Below are positions 19,913 through 29,435 of a DNA stretch of 64,000 bases, in pieces (positions within the stretch are counted from its first letter, which is position 1; each line of letters starts with the position of its first letter). A program made the position numbers and the translations under genes. The stretch is from an uncultured Candidatus Saccharibacteria bacterium. Lineage in GTDB: Bacteria; Patescibacteriota; Dojkabacteria; SC72. A model generated the notes under the pieces. That model saw only the letters and a program-made list of their open reading frames with translations, was not told the origin of the DNA and did no database searches. The stretch is from the NCBI GenBank assembly GCA_964403155.1, contig CAYOEG010000002.1:74296-138295 (forward strand), written 5' to 3'.

Positions 19913-21307
19913 CTAATAGATAATAATTAGATAAAAAATCGATAACAGCATTAGTCCTTGTGGCAAACTAAACAAATAATGATCAAAACATCCAATAACC
20001 ACAATTACAAAAATAACCAACCACTTAAACCAACTCATCCTTTTAACATTCCTTAACAAAATGCTACCCAACAACAAACAATAGAGTAGAGTACCCACAA
20101 TCCCCAACTCTGAAACCATTAACAATGGAACATTATGCACAGGCTGTATCAACATAACCCCATTACTAGTCAGAGGAATATTATTCTCCATACCCTTAGT
20201 AAACCTCCCTAATCCAATACCCATTAACCAATTCTCCTTTATAACCTCAAAACTACTTCTCATTAAATTAACCCTATCACTCCAACTCGTATCACCACCA
20301 GACAGTAGATTAAGAAATCTTTCAACTAATAATCCAAAAGAAAAGGAATACAAAACCTTTCTCTTAAAAACAAACCCTAAGAACAAAAATACCAACCAAA
20401 TTCCTAACACCAATACAACGCAAATCCTTGAAAAAGTAAAAATAACAAAAATACTACTCAAAATACCCAATAGAAGAGTAGCCCCTTTCCACTTAAAATC
20501 CTTCTTCATATACAAGAACAAAGAAACGAGCAAACACGTCACTAAATATCCACCAAAGATATTAGGGTGGGGGAATGTACCATAAGCACGCAAAAACACC
20601 TCGCTGTTTAAAGTTACAAAACTCGATCCTTGCATACCACTAACAATCGTGGATTCTCCAAACATACCTAATCCTAAAGAAGAACCCATCTTAAACTGCA
20701 AAACTCCAACAATTCCTTGAATAATCACAGAACCTAACAAAATAAACAGTAAATATTTCCAGAAATCTTTGTGTTTTTGTAATTTAAAGAAATCAATCGT
20801 AAGAATCAAACATACAAAACCCAAAACTATTCTTCCACCGTTCAGAAGTGTTAAGAAACTGGAGTTTAATATCGTAGAGAAGAGCAAATAGCCTACAAAG
20901 AGGGCAATCCAAATGGAGTAGCTATGGAGTAAAACCTTAACATGCTTAAATCCAAACTCATAAACATATGAAGCAATTAGAAGAATCAATCCTAGATCTA
21001 GAATAGATATGGTAGGTATTAAATAGTTAGTGGCAATACCACTTACATATGGATCTGTATGAAAAAATAGAACATCAGTTGGCAACTGGTAGGTGATATT
21101 GAATGGGAGTGTAATTAATATATACAAAAGACTACTTACAACAGTACTCTTAAACCCAATACTCATACCTAGCCATACAACCATGGAGATTACAATAGCA
21201 ACCATTCTGGAAGTATTCTCCCTTGCTAAAAAGAGTAGGGTGAGAGCTACGAAAACAAATACCAATATTGAAAAAATTTTCCGTTTGAGAAATTCTTTAA
21301 CTTTCAT
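19913..21307 (-). CDS. O-antigen ligase/polymerase (Wzy_C)-family polytopic membrane protein
   Basis: At least ten TM helices and a periplasmic loop with a Wzy_C-like motif (SWSDRVNLMRSSFEVIKENWLMGIGLGRF). Confidence 0.45.
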   Translation of the reverse strand: MKVKEFLKRKIFSILVFVFVALTLLFLARENTSRMVAIVISMVVWLGMSIGFKSTVVSSLLYILITLPFNITYQLPTDVLFFHTDPYVSGIATNYLIPTISILDLGLILLIASYVYEFGFKHVKVLLHSYSIWIALFVGYLLFSTILNSSFLTLLNGGRIVLGFVCLILTIDFFKLQKHKDFWKYLLFILLGSVIIQGIVGVLQFKMGSSLGLGMFGESTIVSGMQGSSFVTLNSEVFLRAYGTFPHPNIFGGYLVTCLLVSLFLYMKKDFKWKGATLLLGILSSIFVIFTFSRICVVLVLGIWLVFLFLGFVFKRKVLYSFSFGLLVERFLNLLSGGDTSWSDRVNLMRSSFEVIKENWLMGIGLGRFTKGMENNIPLTSNGVMLIQPVHNVPLLMVSELGIVGTLLYCLLLGSILLRNVKRMSWFKWLVIFVIVVIGCFDHYLFSLPQGLMLLSIFYLIIIY

Positions 21308-21320
21308 TAATTGATTCTAC

Positions 21321-21800
21321 CTACTTAAGAGGCATAATCACAATATGGCGGTCCATACCCTCTCCGCGACTCTCGGTAGTAATATCGTCAAATCTCTCCA
21401 AAGCAATATGTACAATTCTTCTGTCAGAGGGCTTCATAGCTGGAAGCTCAACTTCCTCCCCAAGGATTCTAACATCATCTGCTTTTTGAAGTGCCATCTC
21501 CTCAAGCTTTTTATCCTTCTCCTCTCTGTATCCACCAACATCTACAAATACCTTAAAGACTGTATCTTCTGGAAGTTTTCTCCCTAAAATAACCTGGAGC
21601 ATGAATTGAAGAGAGTCTAAATGTCTACCTCTGTTACCAATCATATATCCGAGATCATCACCACTAAAAACAACTTTAATATATTTTTCGCCCTCGTTTC
21701 CATCTTCAATACTACTCTCCTTAACACACTCAACAGTTAAAAGCTCACACAAAGTTGATACTTCTTGGTCAACAATTTTTAGAATATCTTTATCCTTCAT
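21321..21800 (-). CDS. jag: Jag/KhpB-like RNA-binding protein (KH + R3H)
   Basis: KH motif (GYMIGNRGRHLDSLQ) and R3H motif (DRRIVHIALERF). It lies downstream of yidC as in the canonical cluster. Confidence 0.7.
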   Translation of the reverse strand: MKDKDILKIVDQEVSTLCELLTVECVKESSIEDGNEGEKYIKVVFSGDDLGYMIGNRGRHLDSLQFMLQVILGRKLPEDTVFKVFVDVGGYREEKDKKLEEMALQKADDVRILGEEVELPAMKPSDRRIVHIALERFDDITTESRGEGMDRHIVIMPLK

Positions 21801-21842
21801 ATCAAAACAATATTTAAATTATTTTTCAAAATAACTGGGGTG

Positions 21843-22691
21843 TTATTTAGATTTCTTAAAATATCTCGTAAAGAGATTCTGTACGCCTTTCTTTGTCTTG
21901 TCCCAATCCAAAATCCAATACTGCGCGATCAACATAAATGATTGAACAATCCAATATACACTTAATGCAGAAGGTGCGCTCACAGCGATAAAAACGGTCG
22001 AAAGAGGAAGTATTAAGTTCATAGACTTGGTCATCTTCTTCTGCATATCTTCAGCGGATGGTGCCGCACCCTTCTTTTTTGTCTCGTTTGTAGGAGCTAG
22101 AGGGTTCTGAATCTTCTGGGTAAATACTGTAGTAAAGTACTGTGAAATACCAACAAGAAAAGCAAGTATCAAATATGAAATTGCTTGAATTGAGAATTTG
22201 CCTGCTTCAGCAGCGATATTAGAGTAAGATTTTGTTAAATCCCACCAAAGGAAATGCGTATTAATTATCAAGTCTCCACCTGCAGGGTTCAACCATTCTT
22301 GCATAAATGGATATACTCCACTTAGCTGATTGTTTGTAACATTACGTATTACAACAATTAAGACTGAGAGAACAACAAGTTGTGGTATAAAGGTAACCAA
22401 GCAACCTAATGGATTGTAACCAACCTTCTTGTACAACTTCATCTGCTCTTCAGACAACTTCTGAGAATTATTTGCGTATTTCTTTTGCAATTCGTCTAAC
22501 TGTGGTTTAAGTCCAGCCATCTTTCTAGTCATATTGGTCTGCTTCTTAGTGAGAGGAATGAGGATTAATCTGGTAATGACAGCTATTGCTAGAATAGCAA
22601 TCCCTAAGTTATCCCAGAAAATATGGTAGAAGCCAAGAGTTAAGTTGAGTAGGGGATATGTAAATATATTGTTCCAAATATCTGCAAGCAT
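21843..22691 (-). CDS. yidC: membrane protein insertase YidC/Oxa1
   Basis: Short YidC core with conserved helices (MTRKMAGLKPQLDELQKKY...YKKVGYNPLGCL). Confidence 0.8.
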   Translation of the reverse strand: MLADIWNNIFTYPLLNLTLGFYHIFWDNLGIAILAIAVITRLILIPLTKKQTNMTRKMAGLKPQLDELQKKYANNSQKLSEEQMKLYKKVGYNPLGCLVTFIPQLVVLSVLIVVIRNVTNNQLSGVYPFMQEWLNPAGGDLIINTHFLWWDLTKSYSNIAAEAGKFSIQAISYLILAFLVGISQYFTTVFTQKIQNPLAPTNETKKKGAAPSAEDMQKKMTKSMNLILPLSTVFIAVSAPSALSVYWIVQSFMLIAQYWILDWDKTKKGVQNLFTRYFKKSK

Positions 22692-22742
22692 ATTCTAAGT
22701 ATTAAAGTAATTTCCGATTATATACAATCTTCTGTTATTTTT

Positions 22743-22985
22743 CTATGGTACAGGATCATATTGTCCTGGCTCCGTCTTAGGATTACATCTAGCAATTCTA
22801 TTAAGCGCTAATTTTGTACCTTTAAAAACACCATACTTTTTAATTGCATCATATCCATATTGGGAGCAGGTTGGGGTAAATTTACATGGTCTCGTATTTG
22901 GAAATATCTTTCCCATTAAACCATAATCATAGGAAAATGTTTTTTGATACAGCTTTATGAAAAAGAGTAGGAGATATTTCATCAT
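22743..22985 (-). CDS. yidD: membrane protein insertion efficiency factor YidD
   Basis: KLYQKTFSYDYG...CKFTPTCSQYGYDAIKKYG. Confidence 0.8.
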   Translation of the reverse strand: MMKYLLLFFIKLYQKTFSYDYGLMGKIFPNTRPCKFTPTCSQYGYDAIKKYGVFKGTKLALNRIARCNPKTEPGQYDPVP

Positions 22986-23308
22986 GAAAGCGCTTGCTTA
23001 ATCTGCTTTTCGAATTCAACCTTGATGATTTCTTTAGAGTCACAGAATTCAAACGCAACATATTCTAAATCAAAAAGTTTATTTTCAATATTTAACTCTT
23101 TTACTAATTCAAGAAAAGAAACTCGCAGAAGTCTAGTCATTCTGTGTCTTTTTATGGCATTACCTATCTTCTTGTTTATGACAAAACCTATTTTAAGTGA
23201 TTTTGAAGGAGTAGTAACAAGCATCCCATATTGGCCGCGAAATTTTAACCCCTTGGCATAAACATTACGAAAATCTTTTGCTGGTAATCTGTATTTTTTA
23301 GGAAGCAT
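22982..23308 (-). CDS. rnpA: ribonuclease P protein component
   Basis: LPKKYRL...F.........GFVINKKIGNAIKRHRMTRLLR. Confidence 0.8.
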   Translation of the reverse strand: MLPKKYRLPAKDFRNVYAKGLKFRGQYGMLVTTPSKSLKIGFVINKKIGNAIKRHRMTRLLRVSFLELVKELNIENKLFDLEYVAFEFCDSKEIIKVEFEKQIKQALS

Positions 23309-23315
23309 CTTACTC

Positions 23316-23498
23316 CTATCTTATACTTTTTGTAGTCTTTTTTCTAAGTGCTTTGTATTCCTCACTTGCAGAAAGTCTCTTTCTTCCGACAGCTCTTCTT
23401 CTTTTCAATACATTCTTTCCATCTGCACTCTTGTTTCGTGCCATGAATCCAAACTTTCTAATTCTTTTTACATTTTTGGGTTGGAATGTTCTTTTCAT
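23316..23498 (-). CDS. rpmH: 50S ribosomal protein L34 (slightly extended)
   Basis: [22 protein letters not shown]...[17 protein letters not shown]. Confidence 0.8.
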   Translation of the reverse strand: MKRTFQPKNVKRIRKFGFMARNKSADGKNVLKRRRAVGRKRLSASEEYKALRKKTTKSIR

Positions 23499-23558
23499 TT
23501 CTTTCTTTATCTATATGATATCGTGGGTATTATATATGATGAGTAGGGAATTGGCAAA

Positions 23559-24119
23559 TTACACTAAAATATGAAGACGCATTGAAATATATTCGCCATT
23601 TTCTTGAAGTTTCTTCCATCTTTTAATAAATTTGTTGCCTAGACCTTTGTTGTAATAAAAATCCTCACTCAAGACTAGAAAAATCTCATCGTCGGATTTA
23701 TAAAAAAACGCTTTTGTTTTTCTTCCCATTCTCTTGCTAACGTTTAGTACTTTTTCTCCCTTCTCAGACAATTCCTCGTTTAAACTCCTCTTCGTATCTA
23801 AATCCTTTATCCCAAAGAAAAAATTTAATCCAAATTTATTATGATTTATCTCCTCCTCAAGCAATTCATCTACAGTGGGATTTGGCTCCTGGGGACTCCA
23901 GCCATGCCATACATATCCGGAGGTTGCAAGCTCTTGCTGTATCTTCTCTTTCCTTTTTTCTTCTAGTGGATTATCACTCACTAAGAAATTCATGATAATA
24001 GGTATTGCCTTGGGCGAAGGCAAGAGGATTTCTCTTGCTTCTCCTTTTTGTTCAGGATTCTCTTGATCTAAAGTCATTATTCTTAAGACAAAATTATATT
24101 TATATACTATCACAAACAC
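23559..24119 (-). CDS. hypothetical protein
   Basis: 186-aa ORF between rpmH and dnaA. No motif recognised. Confidence 0.3.
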   Translation of the reverse strand: MFVIVYKYNFVLRIMTLDQENPEQKGEAREILLPSPKAIPIIMNFLVSDNPLEEKRKEKIQQELATSGYVWHGWSPQEPNPTVDELLEEEINHNKFGLNFFFGIKDLDTKRSLNEELSEKGEKVLNVSKRMGRKTKAFFYKSDDEIFLVLSEDFYYNKGLGNKFIKRWKKLQENGEYISMRLHILV

Positions 24120-24302
24120 ACCTCTAATTTTTCTAGAGTCGCTCTTACCTAAGAATAATCCCTTGGTATAGCAGTGTTTCTGCGTATCCTAGAATACATA
24201 TCCACATTTCTAAAAAAATATATATAATGGATCAAAGTCCCAATCGGCTAGATACTGCCCCCTAAACTGCCTTGTATATATAACCAAACTTTAGACAAGT
24301 CT

Positions 24303-25766
24303 ATGAACAAAGCAGAATTCGACCAATATATAGAGAAGATCCCCAAGCCACAATATACAACTGAAAGTACACCCTCTTACACATTGAACCCTGATGCTCT
24401 TTGGCGATCTACAAAAGAGAATTTGAAGTTAACAATAGGGACAGAAATTTTTAACAATGCTTTTGGAGGAACATATATAGAGAATATTGGAAATGGAGTA
24501 GTACAAATGTCATGTGATTCTGCCTACAAGAGAGAGAAGATATTAAGAGACTATAGCTTTGCATTAAAGGAAGCCCTTAAGAAAGCGTGTGGGCAAAATT
24601 TTGAGATAGAGATAAATATAAGAGAAAATACAATGGTCAAAGATAAATACAAATATGAATATCATGATCCCAGATCTAACCAACCAGTAGATCTCTTTTC
24701 GTCTGCAGAGAATGAGAAAAATCAGAAAGAAGAGACTTTGAGAAAAGCCCAGCTTAATCCTAGATATCTTTTCTCCAATTTCATAGTAGGTACAAACAAT
24801 CGGCTAGCAGAGGCTGTGGCCCAAGCTGTAGTTGATAGCCTTGGAGAAGCATATAATCCTGTGTTCTTTCATGGCAATACAGGAGTAGGAAAAACCCATC
24901 TCATGCAAGCAATAGGGAACGAAGTCATCAACAGATATCCAAACAAGAAGGTTGTATATATCTCCATTGAGCAGTTCCTTAATGAAATGGTGGAATCCAT
25001 AAGAACAAAAAAGAACGAGGAGTTTAGGAATAAATACAGAGCTGTGGACCTACTGATAATAGATGATGTTCAATTCGTTGAAACATTCCCTCGAACACAA
25101 GAAGAGCTCTTTCACACATTTAACACTCTGTATCAAGCAAACAAACAGATTGTTTTGGCGTCTGATAGATCACCAAAAGAGATAAAGAATATTACAGATA
25201 GACTAAGATCTAGATTTGAAGGTGGGATGGTCGCGGATATCCAGGCACCTGATTATGAAACAAGATTGGCAATATTACAGCAGCATCTAATAGAGAAGAA
25301 TTTGAATATTGACGTTCCCCACGAATATCTAGATCTCATTGCTAAAAATGTAGAAAACAACATCCGAGAGCTAGAGGGAGCCTTAACCAAGGTCTTGTCT
25401 CTTTTCAAGTTAGGTATGAACCCTACAGAAGAGGATGTCGCGAAACTTCTGCAGATTGATCTAGATAGTAAACGAAAGAAAATTTCTCCTGTTAAAGTAA
25501 TGAAGGGTGTTTCTGAAGTCTTTGATGTAAAACTTGCGGATATTAAGGGAAGTCGCAGAACGGCATATGTTGCTCAGTGCAGACAAATTGTCATGTATAT
25601 TCTTAGAAATGAGCTTGGCATGCCATTGGAGAGAGTTGCAAAAGAGGTAAATAGAAAAGATCATACTACTGTACTTCATGCTTGCGAAAAAATTAAAAAT
25701 TTGAGAGAAAAAGACTCTAGATTCAACGAAAAAATGCTCGCCTGCTTCAAATTGATAAGAGAGTAG
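24303..25766 (+). CDS. dnaA: chromosomal replication initiator DnaA
   Basis: AAA+ Walker A (GNTGVGKTHL), Walker B (LLIIDDVQF), and a C-terminal DnaA-box-binding HTH (RQIVMYILRNELGMPLERVAKEV...HTTVLHA). Confidence 0.9.
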   Translation: MNKAEFDQYIEKIPKPQYTTESTPSYTLNPDALWRSTKENLKLTIGTEIFNNAFGGTYIENIGNGVVQMSCDSAYKREKILRDYSFALKEALKKACGQNFEIEINIRENTMVKDKYKYEYHDPRSNQPVDLFSSAENEKNQKEETLRKAQLNPRYLFSNFIVGTNNRLAEAVAQAVVDSLGEAYNPVFFHGNTGVGKTHLMQAIGNEVINRYPNKKVVYISIEQFLNEMVESIRTKKNEEFRNKYRAVDLLIIDDVQFVETFPRTQEELFHTFNTLYQANKQIVLASDRSPKEIKNITDRLRSRFEGGMVADIQAPDYETRLAILQQHLIEKNLNIDVPHEYLDLIAKNVENNIRELEGALTKVLSLFKLGMNPTEEDVAKLLQIDLDSKRKKISPVKVMKGVSEVFDVKLADIKGSRRTAYVAQCRQIVMYILRNELGMPLERVAKEVNRKDHTTVLHACEKIKNLREKDSRFNEKMLACFKLIRE

Positions 25767-26219
25767 ATCTGTGGATAACTTTGTGGAAACTTTACGTATA
25801 TCTCCGGATAACTAACATGATTACCCACTCCTTGAAAATGTTGGAATATCGTTGAGGCTTTATTGGTAAAAGATTTCTTAAAAACATTATACCCACACAT
25901 ATCTTTACTTACTCTTAAGTTACCCGAAAAATTAAGCACATCAAAAAAGAAAAGTATGTAGAGGATATCTACGAAGTTGCTTAAATAATTTGCACTAAAG
26001 ATATCCACAGTTATGAACATAAAAAGATTTGATTATAGAAAAGGGAATATCTATCGCGTGGTGGATGTTATCAACATATCCATACTCACTACTACATCTA
26101 TTACTTTTTATATATAAAAAGAAATTTAGAACAATAGGACATAAATTTTTATCAAACACAAAAGGTGATACAATATACATAACAACTGCCCAACTATATT
26201 ATTTTAACTCTTAATAAAG
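25767..26219. promoter_or_regulatory. probable oriC: DnaA-box cluster plus an AT-rich unwinding region
   Basis: A perfect TGTGGATAA box is at 25770-25778. Near-boxes are at 25781-25789, 25804-25812, 26001-26009 (ATATCCACA), 26060-26084 (GTGGATGTTATCAACATATCCATA). The AT-rich stretch 26090-26219 directly precedes dnaN. Confidence 0.6.
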
Positions 26220-27341
26220 ATGCAGTTCTCATGTAATCAAGATACATTCGCAAAATACTTAAATATAATAAGTAGAGTTGTTAACAATAAACCAGGATTG
26301 CCAATACTCAATAATGTCTTGTTTGAAGCATTGAAAGGAAAAGTAATATTGAAAGCAACAGATTTAGAATTAAGTATAAGCACGTGGATAGGTGCAGATG
26401 TAAAAGTTGATGGAAGGATTACGGTGCCAGCAAAACAATTATCTGAATTCATAACCTCCATTCCAGAGGAGAAGGTTGATGTAGAATTGGATAAACAGAG
26501 TTTTAATATCTCTACTGAGAACAACTCTGCGAGTTTTAACACTATGCCTGCGGATGACTTTCCAGCTATACCAGAGGTAGGAGAGGGACAGAAACCAGTT
26601 ATGAAGATAAATAAAGATGATCTAGTAATGGCTATTAACAGAGTGGCTTTTGCTGCTGCAAGAGATGACATCAAACCCGTTTTAACAGGAGTAAAAGTAG
26701 AGATAGATGAATCAAATGTATCTTTTGTATGTACTGATGGTTTGAGACTTTCAAGACAGGTGATCAAGGCAGAAAAAGGTGCTGAGAAGAAGGATATATT
26801 AGTTCCTGTAAGAGCTTTTGAGGAGTTGGCTTACATTGTATCTGCACTAGATAACGAAGACGAAATTATAGAAGTCTATGTGTTAAGTGATAGAAATCAG
26901 GTACTATTTCGATTCGGTGAAGTTGATTTAATATCAAGATTGATAGACGGAGAGTTTCCAGAGTACAAGCAGATCATACCAACAGGATACAAAACAAGAA
27001 GTGAGGTTTCTAAAAGCGATTTCTTGAATTCTTTAAAGGTTATAAATATCATTGCGAGATCAGTATTAGGGAATAAAATGATTTTGGATATATACAAGGA
27101 GGGCAAAATCTCATTGTCAGCGACTCAATCGGATCTTGGGAAAAATCAGAGCAATATGACATGCAAGGTAGAAGGGGAAGATATCAAGATAGCTTTTAGT
27201 GCAAAGCTTCTTTCTGATGTCTTAAACCATGTTGATTCTGAAGAGATTGTTTTTGAATGCTCAGAAGCAGTAAGGCCAGGGGTGTTTAAGATAAAGAAAG
27301 ACGAGAATTTTGTGCACCTAGTGATGCCGATGATGCTTTAG
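26220..27341 (+). CDS. dnaN: DNA polymerase III beta sliding clamp
   Basis: Three-domain clamp of 373 aa with a typical N-terminus (MQFSCNQDTFAKYLNIISRVVNNKPGLPILNNVLFEA). Confidence 0.9.
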   Translation: MQFSCNQDTFAKYLNIISRVVNNKPGLPILNNVLFEALKGKVILKATDLELSISTWIGADVKVDGRITVPAKQLSEFITSIPEEKVDVELDKQSFNISTENNSASFNTMPADDFPAIPEVGEGQKPVMKINKDDLVMAINRVAFAAARDDIKPVLTGVKVEIDESNVSFVCTDGLRLSRQVIKAEKGAEKKDILVPVRAFEELAYIVSALDNEDEIIEVYVLSDRNQVLFRFGEVDLISRLIDGEFPEYKQIIPTGYKTRSEVSKSDFLNSLKVINIIARSVLGNKMILDIYKEGKISLSATQSDLGKNQSNMTCKVEGEDIKIAFSAKLLSDVLNHVDSEEIVFECSEAVRPGVFKIKKDENFVHLVMPMML

Positions 27342-28019
27342 AGGCTTCTCTTCCATCTTGTATCCTACGCCATGCACAGTCTTAATGAGATTTTTGTTTT
27401 CCAACTTGTCTCTAAGTCTTTTGATATGCACATCGATTGTATTGGAACCAACATATTCTCGATAATCCCACACATGATCTAGTAATTCACATCTTGATAT
27501 TGCACGATCCTTGTTTCTCAAAAGATATTCGAAAAGAGAATACTCTTTTTTCCGCAAAGCAATATCGTGATTACCTTTGAAGACAGTCTTACTGTCTGTA
27601 TCTAATACATAATCACCAATATATAGATTCTCTTCGACATAATTAGTAGGCCTTCTAATTAAAGCCTGAATGCGCGCAAGCAACTCTTGAACAGGAAAAG
27701 GGTAGGTGAGAACATCATCTCCTCCGTGGTTAAGAAATTCAACCTTCTCTACCCAACTCCCCTTATTACATACTCCTAGAATTTTCGTTTTCTTATGATA
27801 TTTCTTTAAAAATAACAGAATCTCGAAGGACCTTCCTGCCTCCAAGTTTGTATTCAATATAACAAAATCGAATATGCCTTTTTTAGCAAGAGATTTACTT
27901 TCGAATTCTGAAGTGTCTAAAGTAGTGTTATATCCATATGCACAGAGAGATTTCTGTAAAAGTTGGGAAAGAGTAGCAGAATTTTCTATAATTAATATAT
28001 TCATATCTTTAAAAAACAA
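27318..28019 (-). CDS. OmpR/PhoB-type winged-helix response regulator, atypical: the receiver lacks the phospho-acceptor Asp
   Basis: Receiver fold with IIEN replacing the acidic DD pair and FVILNTNL replacing the hhhhD phospho-site. The C-terminal trans_reg_C domain reads SRCELLDHVWD...TIDVHIKRLRDKLE...VHGVGYKM. No cognate kinase is adjacent. Confidence 0.65.
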   Translation of the reverse strand: MFFKDMNILIIENSATLSQLLQKSLCAYGYNTTLDTSEFESKSLAKKGIFDFVILNTNLEAGRSFEILLFLKKYHKKTKILGVCNKGSWVEKVEFLNHGGDDVLTYPFPVQELLARIQALIRRPTNYVEENLYIGDYVLDTDSKTVFKGNHDIALRKKEYSLFEYLLRNKDRAISRCELLDHVWDYREYVGSNTIDVHIKRLRDKLENKNLIKTVHGVGYKMEEKPLKHHRHH

Positions 28020-28077
28020 ATTATTAAATTGATGATATGAAGCTAACGGTTATCGATAAAAACCTAGAGAAAGAATT

Positions 28078-28446
28078 ATGATTAAATATCTTTTTACAAC
28101 AGGGTTAACATTAATCTTCTCTGTAGGTTTTCTGTACTATTTAATTCAAAATCCGAATTTCTTCCCAATAGGAACAAGTGGTTACGAATGGGTTAATATC
28201 CTCGTTTTCTTTTTCCTCTTGATCATTGGTTGTGCAAGCTTTTTCTGCTTAGTTATCTTTGTATTTAGAAAACTATTCTTTAAGCAGGTAGAGGAGAGAG
28301 TACAGATTAAAAGAAGTGTTAAATATGGCTTGTTATTAACATTTGGATTATTTGTAGTATACCTTTTGCATTTTTATCATATTCTTGGTTTTTGGTGGGG
28401 GTTAGGTATCTTAATAGTTGTTATATTAGCCATTTTTGTTATATGA
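28078..28446 (+). CDS. hypothetical integral membrane protein
   Basis: Four predicted TM helices. Confidence 0.3.
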   Translation: MIKYLFTTGLTLIFSVGFLYYLIQNPNFFPIGTSGYEWVNILVFFFLLIIGCASFFCLVIFVFRKLFFKQVEERVQIKRSVKYGLLLTFGLFVVYLLHFYHILGFWWGLGILIVVILAIFVI

Positions 28447-29122
28447 TATCCCTATGAACAAAGAATTTGACGATATTGCAAAGATTATTTCCGGAGAGAT
28501 GGCCCTTGAGAAGAAGCAAAAAGCTTTAGAAAAGGCAAAGAAAGAGGCCATAAAGGAACAGAAAAATAGGAGAAGAGAAGGAATAGAGAAGGGGAGTATA
28601 AAGCTGAAGGAAGACGAGGAAGTTGAGACAAAGAAAGTGATACAGAATATTAAGCTTTTTTCTTGGGAGGCTAAGGATAGACTTCCAATTAAGTACAATA
28701 ACAATTCGTTTTTGATACTTGTTGCTGCTAGCTTGGCATTTATTCTTTTATTAGCAGTTTTGGGTCACTACTTCTTAATGGGTTGTATCATAGCTATGGT
28801 ATTCCTGATCTATGTGCTTGGTACTACTAAACCTCAAACAGTAATACATACAGTAACTGCAAGAGGGATAGAAACAGGAAACAGGCTCTATCAATGGTAT
28901 TTGCTTAAGAACTTTTACTTTTCCAACAAGGAGGGGCAGATCTTTATGATTGTTGAAACCAATCTTAATATTCCAGGGGCATTAGTATTCTTAGTAGGGA
29001 AGAAAGATCAGGGCCCATTGTTTGTGCTTTTACAAGAGAAACTTCTTTACAAAGATGTTAGGAAACAGGGTTGGTTAGAGAAACAGAATTATGGTACATA
29101 TATACCATTAGAAGAGGTTTAA
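28436..29122 (+). CDS. hypothetical membrane protein
   Basis: Lysine- and glutamate-rich N-terminus followed by a TM hairpin. Confidence 0.3.
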   Translation: MLYDIPMNKEFDDIAKIISGEMALEKKQKALEKAKKEAIKEQKNRRREGIEKGSIKLKEDEEVETKKVIQNIKLFSWEAKDRLPIKYNNNSFLILVAASLAFILLLAVLGHYFLMGCIIAMVFLIYVLGTTKPQTVIHTVTARGIETGNRLYQWYLLKNFYFSNKEGQIFMIVETNLNIPGALVFLVGKKDQGPLFVLLQEKLLYKDVRKQGWLEKQNYGTYIPLEEV

Positions 29123-29129
29123 TAAACGA

Positions 29130-29216
29130 GGAGGGATGCCTGAGTGGCTGATAGGGATGCTTTCGAAAAGCATTGTATGGGAAACCATATCGGGGGTTCG
29201 AATCCCTCTCCCTCCG
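29130..29216 (+). tRNA. tRNA-Ser (anticodon CGA), type II
   Basis: The acceptor stem is GGAGGGA/TCCCTCC, the anticodon loop is TTCGAAA, it has a long variable arm, and the T-loop is TTCGAAT. Confidence 0.8.
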
Positions 29217-29267
29217 TTTTTCATATATATTCAGTGTTGTTTTTATCTAGAGTGAGCTACTGATACA

Positions 29268-29287
29268 TTATCCATATATGTGGATAA
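29268..29287. promoter_or_regulatory. perfect 20-bp palindrome made of two inverted DnaA-box-like half sites
   Basis: TTATCCATATATGTGGATAA, located upstream of the 29436 gene. Confidence 0.35.
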
Positions 29288-29435
29288 GTGCTTGGCACTC
29301 TTAGAAACCCCAGAACAAAGGCATTTCTAAGAACGCGAACACTATATCTTCTGCGTTATATACCTATAGGCGAAACAATTATCGAACTCGCCAGGGCTTA
29401 GTAGAAAAATTTTTCAGGATTATGTATATTGAACT

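Noticed and set aside
26237-26767. A 176-aa minus-strand ORF.
   Set aside because: It is antisense within dnaN.
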